The notes under the pieces were generated by a model. It searched no databases, was not told the DNA's origin, and was given only the letters and a program-made list of their open reading frames with translations. Below are positions 47,301 through 57,901 of a DNA stretch of 64,000 bases, piece by piece. How positions within the stretch are numbered: the stretch's first letter is position 1; every line of letters starts with the position of its first letter. The position numbers and the translations under genes are program-made. The DNA comes from a virus (taxonomy: Duplodnaviria > Caudoviricetes), in IMG/VR virus record IMGVR_UViG_3300011008_000999. One strand, 5' to 3'.

Positions 47301-50300
47301 AGCGTTACCACTTACAGTGATTGTATGTTCTCCAGTTTCAGCATCAATAGCAGTAGTATGAAGGTCAGGTACAGTTACCTGCTGCTCTACCTTAGTAAAG
47401 TCATTCTCAATGAGAACTTCATGTCCTTCTGTATCAAATTCACCGAAGTACAGTCTTTCCTCGAACATGATGGTCTTACCCTTGTACTCAGTTGCATCAA
47501 GAGTGAGATCGATGTCTACAAGAATAGGATTTGCGTCAGTACCAAAGAGTAACTGATTGAAATCTGTTCCGTTTCCATCATTGTGCTTAGCAAAGAATGC
47601 TTCACCACTATTATCAACACCATTGATTGTAGTAACATAAGGAGTAATTACCTTACCATCAGTGTCGCGTTTAACGTCAACAACAACCTTCTTAGTAGCT
47701 GTGAACTGCTTACCGTTTGCATCAACAATAGGCTCGCCATTTTCAGCATCTACTGCAGCAATTCTTAAAGTAAATGTGCTAGGAATAATATCAGTAATAG
47801 TAAGGTCTGTGTTCTCAAGATCGCTCTTGATTACAGTATCGAGACCTACGTTCTTGATCTCAACAGTATCAGTTACAGTCTGGTTAGGAGCTGCCTGAAT
47901 CTGTCTATCATTCGCACTAACTGCGGCTGTGTTTGCAGGATCTGCAACTGTAGAAGTTACAGTTGTTCTGAATGTAGGAAGATGTACAGTCTGTCTCTCA
48001 TCATAAATATTGTTGTGAACTGCATACTTAAAGTCAGTATGGCCTTCATCACCAAAGCTTAATGATTCGAAGCATACCCATGAAGGGTCACTCTCCCAAT
48101 CCAGTGCAGTTAATACCTGCTTAAATGTAATAGGAACCTCACATGTACCATAAGCTCTTCCAGTGACAGGGTCAATAGTTGAGTTGCCAGCAGTAGGAGT
48201 GAATGTCTTTACTGCTACTACAGGATTTCCTTCAGCATCCAATACAGGAAGCTTAGTTTCCTGATCCATAAGTTCTGCAGTAAATGTCCAAGGCTTACCT
48301 ACAATAAGGTTTCTATAAGTTACAGTATCGTATACAGTTACGTCTGCATACTGTCTATTTACTACCTTGTACTCAGTTCCCTCATGTTTATTAACGAGAT
48401 GTGTTTCAATTTCAGGAATAGAAACTGTCTGCTTCTCATCGTTAATATCTTCATGAAGTGCGATAAGTACTTCAGTATCACCATCATCATGGAGTACATA
48501 CTTACTAACGTATAAAGTACCATAAGCAATTTCCTGTACAAAATGATGTCCAGTAGCCTGCTGATGAATCGTAGCTTTACCATAAGTATTAAAGCGTTCT
48601 CCACAATTTGGATCTGTACAAATATAAATCATAGATCTTGAATCCATAGATGCATTTTCAGGTACGTATTTACCATCTGCATGTACACCTGCATGACCAG
48701 GAAGATCCATATAAACTCTTTCACATACTACAAGCTCGCGCTTAGCGTACTGTCCAGAGTCTTTTACTGTGTACTGCATCTCTACACTACCTTCAGGAAC
48801 ATCAGTAAGTGTAAAGTTCTTAGATGAATATGCTACGTAAGGCGTATCAAGACCATTGTTTGTATCAATAAATCTCTTACCTTCTTCATCATATCCAACA
48901 AGGTATACATAACCTTCAACTCTAATATCTACAGATTCTGCAAGATTACTATAATCAATTCTATCTCTAAGAACTACATCGCCCTTAATCATATTTCCGT
49001 CAAGATCCCAAGATCTACCATTAGGAAGAACTCCTTCATCTCCAGCTTCTGACATAGCAGTAGTTTTGATCTGAAGCCATCTAATGTTCTCATCTTCTTC
49101 ATCAAGATCGTAATTATGATGTTTGAGACAAATATTACGTTTGTTGTAAAGTTCAACTCTTACAAATACTGAAATAGTATCTTCAGGATTGTTAGGAATT
49201 ACCCAATCCATCATACCTAAGTCACTAAATGTAAATTCACCGTCACAAGGACCTTCGAGTGAACCCTGAACTAATACATCATCTGATTCATCATCAGGTG
49301 TACCGTTTTCATCAATAATATCTGTACCATGTAATACATGATCGAGATCTTTATCAATATAAATTGATACTCTAGTCTTGCATTCATTACCATAAATGTC
49401 TTTAACGACGAAGGTTTCACCTGCACTGTTAACACCTATAAGTTCTGCTCTGAAACTATAGTTCTGCTTATCTCCAAGATTGCTATAAACAATCTTATCA
49501 TCAACAAGAGTATAACCTACAATTTCACCATCAGCATTGTAAACAAGCTGACCAGAAGTAGCAACATTATTAACAAGAGGCATTCCCTTTTCGCCATAAG
49601 CATATCTACCAAGTCCAGCTACTCTTGTACGAGTAGTTTTATCAGTAGATTCAGTTACAAACTTAATAATACCAACATACTGAGTCTTTTCATTAAGCTC
49701 TGCATTATGCTGTTTTACTAAGCTCCATCCTGATGCACCCATGCTCTTATAAAGATCAACTGCAAAGGCAATCTTTTCACCTTCCTGACACATAGAAGTA
49801 TCAACGTTGAAATCCTGAATGATGCTCAAATTATAAAGAACATTGAATCTATCATTTGTAGGATCATTATTAGGAGCAGATTCACGAGTAAAGTTACCAT
49901 CATGATCTCTGAATACTACGTAGTTATTATCTATAATAGTATATGAACCAGTATCATCTGTAAATGTACCAGAAACAACAGATGTAAAGTTAGGATCAGC
50001 ATTTCTAAGAGTATTGTACTTTCTATTGTTGGTAGGATTTGTGTACTTGCTTCCAGTGAAGTCAAGTGTGCACATATCTGTTTCCTGGAGTAACTCTATA
50101 GGATTGCCGTCTTCATCACATCTCCAGATATAAGTCTTGTAACCATATCTCTGTGAAGTATTAAGTCCACCGAATGTGACCGTATCACGAAGTAAACCAT
50201 GATCACTAGGAATAGTTGAATTGGTTTCGTCTATAGCATCTAATGCTTCAGACTGAATAGTAAGAGGATCATCTACACCGATATCTAAATCATCGGGAAG

Positions 50301-53300
50301 AAGTACAGGATTAGGATTATCATGTACTACTCTGAGAGTAGAACTAATCATATCATAATCTTCTGTATTCCATATAATTGTTCTAACTTTACCATTTCCA
50401 AGATTTACTTCTTCAATTGCGTCTTCAGGATTTACACCTGGATCATTAAATTTAGGATAACCATATTTAGATACACGAGGAATCTCCTGAATTACGTATG
50501 TACCAGCAAGTAAAGCACCTCTTTCTTTAATAACGTACTTACTATTAGGATTCTCAAGTTCAATATCACCGAACCAAATATTACCAGTTGCAGCTGCTTT
50601 AAGATCCTCTTTTGAGCCAGTCCATACTAACTTATTAAGGTCTGGATCGAATTCTACATAATCATCATACTTGTTAAGATTATCGACAGTCTTAGGACGT
50701 GCATCCCAGTTTCTAGAATCGAACATTGCATCAAAATCAAGTACAAATACATGCTCTTCGATTACATTATAGCTACCATCTTCATTCTGAATAGGATCAC
50801 CATTCGCATCAGACTCTACAAGTGAAATTAACCAAGGAACATAATGCATAAAATCACCATCAATGTTAGCTTTCTGCATCTTAAAATCACCACGAACAGG
50901 TAAATCGCTCCAAGTGAAATGATATTCCTGTGGCTCATAAGTAGATCCAGTCTGCTTATTGGTAGTAGTTCCAACATATCCACGAATAGTTCTATCGTCT
51001 TCAGTGTGAACATCGTAACCTGAACCAATTTCATGTCTCCACTCAGGCTGAACTACAAAATACTTATTAATGTATTCATTCCAAGTGTACCATTCATTAG
51101 CTCTATCATCAGTACCAAAATACTGACCTTCCTGACCAGCAACACCATTTACAGCTGTAGTAGCTTTATGAGCTGCATAATCTTTCTGCCAATCCTTATA
51201 TGCTTCCATAGCAGCATCATTCCATACGAAGTGAGGCTTAATAGTGTTACCATAACAAGTAACTTCTACAAGCTGACCGCTATTGTTAGGAAGATTGATT
51301 GTTCTCTGCTGTGTATTATAAGAATCATTGATACGAAGCTCATATACTTCATAAGTACCATAAGGTAAATGATCTATACGGCATGTACCAGTGTCATCAG
51401 TCTCAAGAACTGCGATTACTTCATCAGGTTCAAAATATCTATCCTCAGCATTTTCAAGATCCTCAGTATAAGGATAGCATACAGACCAATAAGATCTGTT
51501 TACAACCGCAAACTGAACGTGAGCAAGACTATTTGCACCCTGATTATAGTCAGGAATCTTGGTTTCATCATCCTGCTTAGTAATTATAATATTACCATAT
51601 ACAGTTTCATTATCCCAAGTATTTTCGTTGTTGTCATCTACTTCATGTAAATTACCCATCATTATAAGGCGTCCATTGTTAGTATATCCAGTATGGAGAT
51701 CTGAACCATCTTCAGCCTTAGTATCTTCGAGTGTGTAATAGAAGTAAATGTCATCTCTATAAAGCATTGAAGGATTATTAGCAATATCTGTACGTAATCC
51801 AATAAGATCGCTGTTTACTCTATAGTTAGCAAATACACTAGAACCTAACTTAGTAGACTCATAGTAGTTATCACCAACCTGAATAGTAGCATCAGCTCTT
51901 AACTCACGGATTTCATACTGACCATAAGGAAGTCCCCATAAAGCCACGTAACCCTGCTCATATCCTTTAACTAACTCATCATCGTCATTACCTGACTTCT
52001 GGTGAGAAGTTATAATAGCAACTACACAATTAGGTGCAATTGCAACATCATTCTTAATTTCAACATAAGGCTGATCTGCTGCAGGCATCTGCTGTGTATA
52101 CTTGTCAAACATCTTTACATTATCATCAGACTTATTGATAACAACATATCTAATGTCATTCCAAGTTGAATCACCTTGAGGATGATCTAAGAATCCGTCT
52201 TCATTTGGAGCATAACAATATACTAAATCTCTCTTCCAGAATGAGAAACCATCACGGAAGACATCATCCTTATATCTACTTGTACCAGTTGAATAAAGAT
52301 CTTTATGTACGTCAAATGCACCATTTACACTGTGTGCATGGCTGTTGTAATCGGTTAAGTTATATGTAAAGTGAGTATCATTCCAATAGAATGAGTCATT
52401 TGCATAAATACTATTTCCTTTATCAGCAGTTTCCCATACATCACCAGGATGAATGTTTGCATCACGCTTTAACTCGACAACTTCATAAGTACCATAAGGT
52501 AAACCATAGATAGCAAAGTAACCATCTACCTGCTGACCTGCATAAGTACCTTCTTTTACTGCTTCAGGACCATTGTGAGTAGTAATAACGGCTACTACTT
52601 CACCAGGAGCAATCTGTCCATCAGTATTACCAACACCGTATGCAGTATTACCACCAGGGATAAACTCTACATAAGATGCCCAATTAGGATCAATTAAACC
52701 AAGCTGATCAATATCAGACTGAAGAATTTCCATAGTACGAGTTGAACGGTTAATTACTGCAAACTTAATATCATTTGCACTTGAATTACCTTCAGTAACC
52801 TCAAGATACTCTTCATCTAACTTGTAAGCCTGGAAACCATCTACCATAATCTTATCCTGATAAATATGATCTCCATCCTGTCCTGCATAAGCATAAGTGA
52901 AGTGATCAATGTTTCCAGCACCGTAGTACTGTTTATTATCTTCTGTAGTATAGTCAAATGAATATACTGTATCATCAGTTCTAAGATATGAAGGATTTGC
53001 CATATCACTTGAACCCTGATCAGTAAATGCTGCACCAATAAGTGCATCATCAGTACCAGCATCAATCTTTAACTCAACTACATCGTATTTACCATAAGGT
53101 AAACCATACATTCTGAGACAACCTTGTACACCATCTACAGTATGAGTTGTAACAATAGCACAAATACGATCTGTTCCAATTTCTACACCGTCTTTAATAG
53201 CACAGTAAGAACCATCAACAACATTGTAATTGTTTCTCATTACTACATGATGATTAGATCTGTTAATAACAGCATATCTAATTCCATCAAGTGAACCACT

Positions 53301-56300
53301 ACCCTGAGTATTGCCAAGTGTGTCATTAGAATTAGTTAAATCCTTCTTCCACATAGCAAAACCGTATCTATAGATTGCATCATCAACAGCTCCGTCTCTG
53401 TTAGACGTTTCCGAAACTTTAACAACATCATGATCCGTTCCGTTATAATCGTTTAACATAAGATGATCGGCAGTATTTCCGTCTAACCAATCCTTTTCAG
53501 AGATTGTATAACCATAAGTATTTACTGCATAACCGGTTGGAGCAGTAACTTCATATAACACATAATTATCGTCGAATGGGAACGTAATGTTTCCTGTATC
53601 ACCGTATCCATTGCTGATTGTGATATATATTGGCTTGCCATTACACAGAACAGGCTTAGCATTTACGCTATAAGAAACATCTCTTCCAAGTCCATCAGTC
53701 GCATTTATAGAATATGGACTGCTTCCAAGCGTTAAGATATTCCCATCTCCATTAGGATTATGATATGTAACATTAAACAACTCAGCATTTGACTTAGTAC
53801 TTGTGGAGAATACCTGATATACTGCTCCGTCATAAGCTCCACTACCTTCCGGAACTTTCAAAACACTATCTGCATATCCCAGCTGATCCATATCGAGGTC
53901 TGCTTTAAGAATACCTAAAGGTCTCCAAGACTCTACTTCTTTCTGATCAAAGAATACATCATTGACTGCAATTCTTCCATCAATATTGTAGTTTGTATTA
54001 GGAATGGATTGTTTTTCCTGACGACGCCAAATCTCTATATCGCCATCCCACATCCAAGCATTAGTATAATTAGCGGTTGAATAACTACCACTGGTATCAG
54101 GTGAAACTCCATCTGGTAAAACCTTGGCGGTGTATGTCTTATCACTTAAGTATAAACCCGTATCCTGATTACCGTTTCTGGGGACAACTACTTCTCTGAT
54201 TGTATAGTAACCAATCGGCCAAGCTAATATCGTGGTCTGCCCTGGGACATAAAAAGGATTTCCATCTACGAAGTACTTACCACCTATATTATTATAATAG
54301 CAAACACCGTCATTATCCGTTTTCATTCTCCATGACCGAACAACATCTCCGGTAGGATTACCATTAGTATCTATATTGTAGTAATTAATCTCATATATAG
54401 CATTTACTGCATAAATATCCGCATTGAAATCAGGAGTACCCGTAGTATCACTTACTTTTCTGACCCCTAAATAAGGAGGGTCAAACATAGGTATGTTGGT
54501 TATATTAAAACTAGTTGGATTGTTAATATTATACGAGTTTACTTTATGCGTATCCGTTCTTTCTGATAAAGTTCTATATTGAAATCCAAATCCAACTTTT
54601 GTTTCCGTACAGGTTATGTATTTATCATAAGCATCTGTATACCACAAAGTATATTCCTGAGACTGCCCGGAATATGTAGGATAGAATATAACCGGATTAC
54701 CTGATATATCATATACCTGACGTCCATCAGCATAAGTTGCAACAATTTCTGTTCCGTCTATATGATATGAACCCGTTATTAATCCGGTATATGTAGTGTT
54801 TTTGGTAATTGACATATATACATAATTCCAGCACCATGCATCCGCAGATCCTTTATATACCTGACGTTGATTAGTAGTCTCGTATGTTTGAGTCAATCCA
54901 TTTACATTTATAGTACCGGTAAGAGCACTAGCATTTCTTATTCCACCGTAATCTGTAACCGTTACAATATTTTCAGATGCCTTTGCTGCAGCATTACGGT
55001 ATGCGTCTTGCTTAGCTCCATCTATATAACTACTAACTTCGTTTGTAGATGTTGTAAACGTTTCAGTTTTATTTGATTTACCGGTATATGTAGCTTTAAC
55101 TGTACCATCTGTTGACTTTGTAAGTGTCCAGTCAACCGTTACAAATATTTGATTGCTTGTTTTACCATCTGGCGAGAGTCCGCCAGTTTCATTAGTCCAA
55201 TCTGTCCAAGATCCATTTGCAAGTTGATGGCGAGTCTTATATGTATAAGTTGTAGTCAATTTCCAAGTATCAGTATGACTTGTCCATGTACGTGCTCCAA
55301 AACCATCATTACTGAATAAAACATTAAAATTTACAATCCTTTTAGATCCATCTGAAGTATCAGCAATACTAGAAACAGTTGCCTGATAGTTAACGGTAGG
55401 TCCGACAAGACATGTTGCATATTTAGACTGTGTACTATTAGCGCCGTGACCTTCACAATCAACATCAATTGTTTTTCCATTAAATAACTGTTCAAACGTA
55501 TTTCCATTTCCGGTAATAGTTGCAGTTCCATATCCGGGTTTGCTTTCTGAAAATGCGCAGGTTCCTGTAAATGTAGAACCTGCAGACATAGTATCAACTA
55601 TATCTCTAGTAGTTTCTATACCTGTAGCAGTTCCCTGAGGTACAAAGCCATCAAGTTCATGCTCATCATAATCTACTTCCGGCACATAAATACTAACATT
55701 ACCATCAGCATCTATTACATAGTCATAACCGGTCTCTTCAATAAAAGCCTTTATGAAAAGATTTCCGTCAAGATCAGATAAATCTCTTTCTTCAGGCTCG
55801 ACCGGTTCTTCAATAATAGTAGGCTGAAAATCACTACTAAACAACTTAGAAGATTCCGTAATACCTGCAGAGTATAATCCGGTAAAGATAGCAGTAGCTT
55901 CAGAAGTAGAATCTGCTATAACATAATAATCTACATTATAGTTAGAATTAGCCCTCTTTGTACCATCTTCATTAGCTGCACCGATAATGATTGCACTCTC
56001 AATACATCCCGGAATAAACTTATTTGCAGGAAGATTATAGTTACCTGCCGCACCAATAACAACAATACCCCTAACTATTGCTTCCTGAATTACCTCTTTG
56101 ACGATAGCATTCTTTTCTACGTCAGAACCAACAAGAGAAAGGTTAATTATTTTAACATTGTTTGCTATTGCTAACTTAATACCGGCATATACAGATGCAG
56201 CATCAGTTGTAGAACCATCAAATACTCTGATAGACATTACCTTAGCATCAGGATTCTCATTCTTTATGAGTTCTAACATCCTTGAACCGTGTCCATTGGA

Positions 56301-57476
56301 ATCGCCGGTATCATCACCAACAACTGAGAAATTTACATCAGCATTAGCACCGGTATCAATAAGTGCAATATAGTCTGAATAGTCAATATCTTTAGTATCT
56401 TCAACAGTGTCATTTAACTGAGCGAGAACATCATTTCCATCGTTAAGATCGTCAAGATCAGCTACGTCTTCATTATTCTCATCAGTTGCGATAGAAATTA
56501 CCTTAGACAAGTCAGAGATAGAATCTACCTTATCAACATAGTAAGAATAAACGTATCTTGCTTCTTCAACAGATGCGCACTCGATAATATAAACGTCGTC
56601 GAAATTAGATACTACGTTTGTGTTCTTTGTAAATACAGAAGAGTCATCAGTCTTTACAAGTAAATCAGACGTCTCTACAAGAGATTCATCAATTTCAGTA
56701 AAGTAATGATCAAACACTACGACAGGATTTACTTTTACAGTCATCTCATCAGAAGCAACTTCTTCACCTTCTACAATTAACTTACCGACAATAGTATATT
56801 CACCTGCATTATTGAAAGTAATTGCAGCACCTGTTGCAGTAGTTGTAGTGATTTCAACTCCTTCACCGGAGAATTCAAATGTATAATCCACATCTGAAGT
56901 TTCATCATCAACAGTTACCTTTGCGACAACCCCTGCTTCGATATCAAGTGTGTCACCCTCACTTACAGTTTTGTTATCAGGCAAAGTAACGCTGTATTCA
57001 TAAACTGGTTCAGCAGTCTCTTCTTCAGCTTCTTCAGTCTGATCTTCTGTTTCAGTTTCTTCAGTAGGTTCAGCATCCTCATCAGAATCTTCATCAGAAT
57101 TCTCTTCATCTTGATCAATAACTATTACAGTTTCTTCATCATCTGCGGTTCCACTATTAGAACCATCATCAATATTTGGCGGATTATCAACATCCTGAGT
57201 ATTCTGATCCTCAGTGTCATCATCCGCAGGAAGTGAGTCGTTGTTTTCATCATTAGACTCATCCTCTACAATGATAGTATAGCTATTATTATCCTCCCCG
57301 TCAGTGTGTACTCCAGTTTCGTCTACTACAATAGTAGTGGTAGTAGTTTCTACAGGAGTATTGTCGACATTACCATCTGCTAAAGCAGATACAGGACATG
57401 CAGATACTACCATTAAGAGAGAAAGAAATCCTGAAAGGACTCTTGCCCCAATCGAATTAGTTTTAATTCTTCTCAT
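44340..57476 (-). CDS. giant (4378 aa) sortase-anchored surface adhesin: S8 subtilase-like domain, SpaA/Cna-B-like repeats, VaFE (Thr-Gln ester) repeats
   Basis: signal peptide; ALIDTG / NGHG / AAGN / STSEA; GLPYG.Y...E repeats; D.V.Y.NL..G..Y...V(A/V)FE...H.D..D..QT repeats; PPKTG + TM + KRKK. Confidence 0.9.
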   Translation of the reverse strand: MRRIKTNSIGARVLSGFLSLLMVVSACPVSALADGNVDNTPVETTTTTIVVDETGVHTDGEDNNSYTIIVEDESNDENNDSLPADDDTEDQNTQDVDNPPNIDDGSNSGTADDEETVIVIDQDEENSDEDSDEDAEPTEETETEDQTEEAEEETAEPVYEYSVTLPDNKTVSEGDTLDIEAGVVAKVTVDDETSDVDYTFEFSGEGVEITTTTATGAAITFNNAGEYTIVGKLIVEGEEVASDEMTVKVNPVVVFDHYFTEIDESLVETSDLLVKTDDSSVFTKNTNVVSNFDDVYIIECASVEEARYVYSYYVDKVDSISDLSKVISIATDENNEDVADLDDLNDGNDVLAQLNDTVEDTKDIDYSDYIALIDTGANADVNFSVVGDDTGDSNGHGSRMLELIKNENPDAKVMSIRVFDGSTTDAASVYAGIKLAIANNVKIINLSLVGSDVEKNAIVKEVIQEAIVRGIVVIGAAGNYNLPANKFIPGCIESAIIIGAANEDGTKRANSNYNVDYYVIADSTSEATAIFTGLYSAGITESSKLFSSDFQPTIIEEPVEPEERDLSDLDGNLFIKAFIEETGYDYVIDADGNVSIYVPEVDYDEHELDGFVPQGTATGIETTRDIVDTMSAGSTFTGTCAFSESKPGYGTATITGNGNTFEQLFNGKTIDVDCEGHGANSTQSKYATCLVGPTVNYQATVSSIADTSDGSKRIVNFNVLFSNDGFGARTWTSHTDTWKLTTTYTYKTRHQLANGSWTDWTNETGGLSPDGKTSNQIFVTVDWTLTKSTDGTVKATYTGKSNKTETFTTSTNEVSSYIDGAKQDAYRNAAAKASENIVTVTDYGGIRNASALTGTINVNGLTQTYETTNQRQVYKGSADAWCWNYVYMSITKNTTYTGLITGSYHIDGTEIVATYADGRQVYDISGNPVIFYPTYSGQSQEYTLWYTDAYDKYITCTETKVGFGFQYRTLSERTDTHKVNSYNINNPTSFNITNIPMFDPPYLGVRKVSDTTGTPDFNADIYAVNAIYEINYYNIDTNGNPTGDVVRSWRMKTDNDGVCYYNNIGGKYFVDGNPFYVPGQTTILAWPIGYYTIREVVVPRNGNQDTGLYLSDKTYTAKVLPDGVSPDTSGSYSTANYTNAWMWDGDIEIWRRQEKQSIPNTNYNIDGRIAVNDVFFDQKEVESWRPLGILKADLDMDQLGYADSVLKVPEGSGAYDGAVYQVFSTSTKSNAELFNVTYHNPNGDGNILTLGSSPYSINATDGLGRDVSYSVNAKPVLCNGKPIYITISNGYGDTGNITFPFDDNYVLYEVTAPTGYAVNTYGYTISEKDWLDGNTADHLMLNDYNGTDHDVVKVSETSNRDGAVDDAIYRYGFAMWKKDLTNSNDTLGNTQGSGSLDGIRYAVINRSNHHVVMRNNYNVVDGSYCAIKDGVEIGTDRICAIVTTHTVDGVQGCLRMYGLPYGKYDVVELKIDAGTDDALIGAAFTDQGSSDMANPSYLRTDDTVYSFDYTTEDNKQYYGAGNIDHFTYAYAGQDGDHIYQDKIMVDGFQAYKLDEEYLEVTEGNSSANDIKFAVINRSTRTMEILQSDIDQLGLIDPNWASYVEFIPGGNTAYGVGNTDGQIAPGEVVAVITTHNGPEAVKEGTYAGQQVDGYFAIYGLPYGTYEVVELKRDANIHPGDVWETADKGNSIYANDSFYWNDTHFTYNLTDYNSHAHSVNGAFDVHKDLYSTGTSRYKDDVFRDGFSFWKRDLVYCYAPNEDGFLDHPQGDSTWNDIRYVVINKSDDNVKMFDKYTQQMPAADQPYVEIKNDVAIAPNCVVAIITSHQKSGNDDDELVKGYEQGYVALWGLPYGQYEIRELRADATIQVGDNYYESTKLGSSVFANYRVNSDLIGLRTDIANNPSMLYRDDIYFYYTLEDTKAEDGSDLHTGYTNNGRLIMMGNLHEVDDNNENTWDNETVYGNIIITKQDDETKIPDYNQGANSLAHVQFAVVNRSYWSVCYPYTEDLENAEDRYFEPDEVIAVLETDDTGTCRIDHLPYGTYEVYELRINDSYNTQQRTINLPNNSGQLVEVTCYGNTIKPHFVWNDAAMEAYKDWQKDYAAHKATTAVNGVAGQEGQYFGTDDRANEWYTWNEYINKYFVVQPEWRHEIGSGYDVHTEDDRTIRGYVGTTTNKQTGSTYEPQEYHFTWSDLPVRGDFKMQKANIDGDFMHYVPWLISLVESDANGDPIQNEDGSYNVIEEHVFVLDFDAMFDSRNWDARPKTVDNLNKYDDYVEFDPDLNKLVWTGSKEDLKAAATGNIWFGDIELENPNSKYVIKERGALLAGTYVIQEIPRVSKYGYPKFNDPGVNPEDAIEEVNLGNGKVRTIIWNTEDYDMISSTLRVVHDNPNPVLLPDDLDIGVDDPLTIQSEALDAIDETNSTIPSDHGLLRDTVTFGGLNTSQRYGYKTYIWRCDEDGNPIELLQETDMCTLDFTGSKYTNPTNNRKYNTLRNADPNFTSVVSGTFTDDTGSYTIIDNNYVVFRDHDGNFTRESAPNNDPTNDRFNVLYNLSIIQDFNVDTSMCQEGEKIAFAVDLYKSMGASGWSLVKQHNAELNEKTQYVGIIKFVTESTDKTTRTRVAGLGRYAYGEKGMPLVNNVATSGQLVYNADGEIVGYTLVDDKIVYSNLGDKQNYSFRAELIGVNSAGETFVVKDIYGNECKTRVSIYIDKDLDHVLHGTDIIDENGTPDDESDDVLVQGSLEGPCDGEFTFSDLGMMDWVIPNNPEDTISVFVRVELYNKRNICLKHHNYDLDEEDENIRWLQIKTTAMSEAGDEGVLPNGRSWDLDGNMIKGDVVLRDRIDYSNLAESVDIRVEGYVYLVGYDEEGKRFIDTNNGLDTPYVAYSSKNFTLTDVPEGSVEMQYTVKDSGQYAKRELVVCERVYMDLPGHAGVHADGKYVPENASMDSRSMIYICTDPNCGERFNTYGKATIHQQATGHHFVQEIAYGTLYVSKYVLHDDGDTEVLIALHEDINDEKQTVSIPEIETHLVNKHEGTEYKVVNRQYADVTVYDTVTYRNLIVGKPWTFTAELMDQETKLPVLDAEGNPVVAVKTFTPTAGNSTIDPVTGRAYGTCEVPITFKQVLTALDWESDPSWVCFESLSFGDEGHTDFKYAVHNNIYDERQTVHLPTFRTTVTSTVADPANTAAVSANDRQIQAAPNQTVTDTVEIKNVGLDTVIKSDLENTDLTITDIIPSTFTLRIAAVDAENGEPIVDANGKQFTATKKVVVDVKRDTDGKVITPYVTTINGVDNSGEAFFAKHNDGNGTDFNQLLFGTDANPILVDIDLTLDATEYKGKTIMFEERLYFGEFDTEGHEVLIENDFTKVEQQVTVPDLHTTAIDAETGEHTITVSGNATSDEWYLNASDLENYDWKIKDTVSMNKITPDTDYTLVTIVVNKDTGKAVTNLTDGSKFVQYTPYHSPAGVATGAAAEYKCECGKDGCVDVIAVDSELDIDLKLNKTDARNGGTFVVYEYMLLGTNNTYVPDESVAVPNDCYAYHNDITDEEQTIVIPELHTEFIESHTETHVVPLEEDATVIDTIHYKGLVPGKNYIMQCVLMNKTTGEPYYLTSTDDEGNTVLTKITEDKSFTASETGEGYVEISFTIPADQLHDFDEYLDKDHLNINRTVTDTGTAPEVDVDGNLVVEPTDVSGNDDTRVITNEYTGEEARAERGISDEEKINVTKSTQIVAFERCISDEENSRVYAVHADIEDEDQTILVPRIFTHLTDTVIGDHVSRWNTTETITDTVTFVSLQADKEYTIEGYLVNVDTGEPILVKDANGEDVRVTATKTFTPNTLPDTQVSISNGKLIASGNVDLVFTFDSTALKGTHVVAFEDCKYGEIKVATHAEIDDQWQWMFVPEIGTTANGYVKATDGNAEYREKVVPYSETAQLIDVVEYNKLLPGVWYEMSGTIMDKATGKAITDKDGKAVTATTRFLPAESSGKVEVIFTLDTTGLEGKTLVVFEECLYVGAKKDGTANKEAVAEHKDIEDEDQTIYCPKIRTTVKDANGNTNVQLDGTKTQTIIDTVTYENLIPGKEYTVTGTLVFKRDYGDSKDYEYVKDANGNKITASTTFKPDESNSTIKDGLASGTVEVKFEFNAALTAGRRVVVFEDLYLEKVRVGTHSDINDENQTFDTVMKLHVKLVKSDFDNHVYVLKNAEISIYVDEKCTQLAKDINGNDCVGKTNEKGEVEFIIITYDENQLFYAKETKAPFGYKLCEDVIPIKGTAYYDGATNTKTTFTDNDMSRESDGVCAINLKMFDKIIIIPPKTGDNLPILPITILALIGLLCVGAFFATKRKKVVTDVDDTTDNVEEMDEEAVEDAITGMMTEEIDGDGHNDSGF

Positions 57477-57511
57477 CTTAATGCTCCTTTGGTTATTTTA
57501 ATTTGCATACT

Positions 57512-57545
57512 AAAAAGGTTATGTGTCGCTGATAACACATAACCT
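57512..57545 (-). terminator. terminator-like hairpin in the leader of the giant adhesin gene
   Basis: AGGTTATGTGT...ACACATAACCT followed by TTTT on the minus strand. Confidence 0.7.
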
Positions 57546-57641
57546 GGTGACCTAATTAAATTATTCATTTTTCTAACATCCTTCCAAATTTATTGTGTTT
57601 CCACTTTATAATAATAAATAGCTCTTCGTTGCAAAAAACTA

Positions 57642-57670
57642 TTTACGATTACAACCCCGCAGTATATAAT
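57642..57670 (+). promoter_or_regulatory. plus-strand sigma-A promoter with no downstream ORF
   Basis: CTA-TTTACG-17 nt-TATAAT. Confidence 0.55.
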
Positions 57671-57901
57671 ATAACTATAATAAAACAAACGTTCGATCCT
57701 TGAAAAACTCATATTTCTCAAATTTCTTCTTCGATTCCTACCCAAATCGAAAAAATGAAATAAATAATCATTACCCAGGTTATATATTTCTATTTCATAT
57801 TTATTAACGAACGTTTATCTATTATTTTTCCGTACTAAATTATTATCTACACGTAACAAAAGAGTATACGATTGTCTCTTACATCATTTTATTTTTTGCG
57901 C

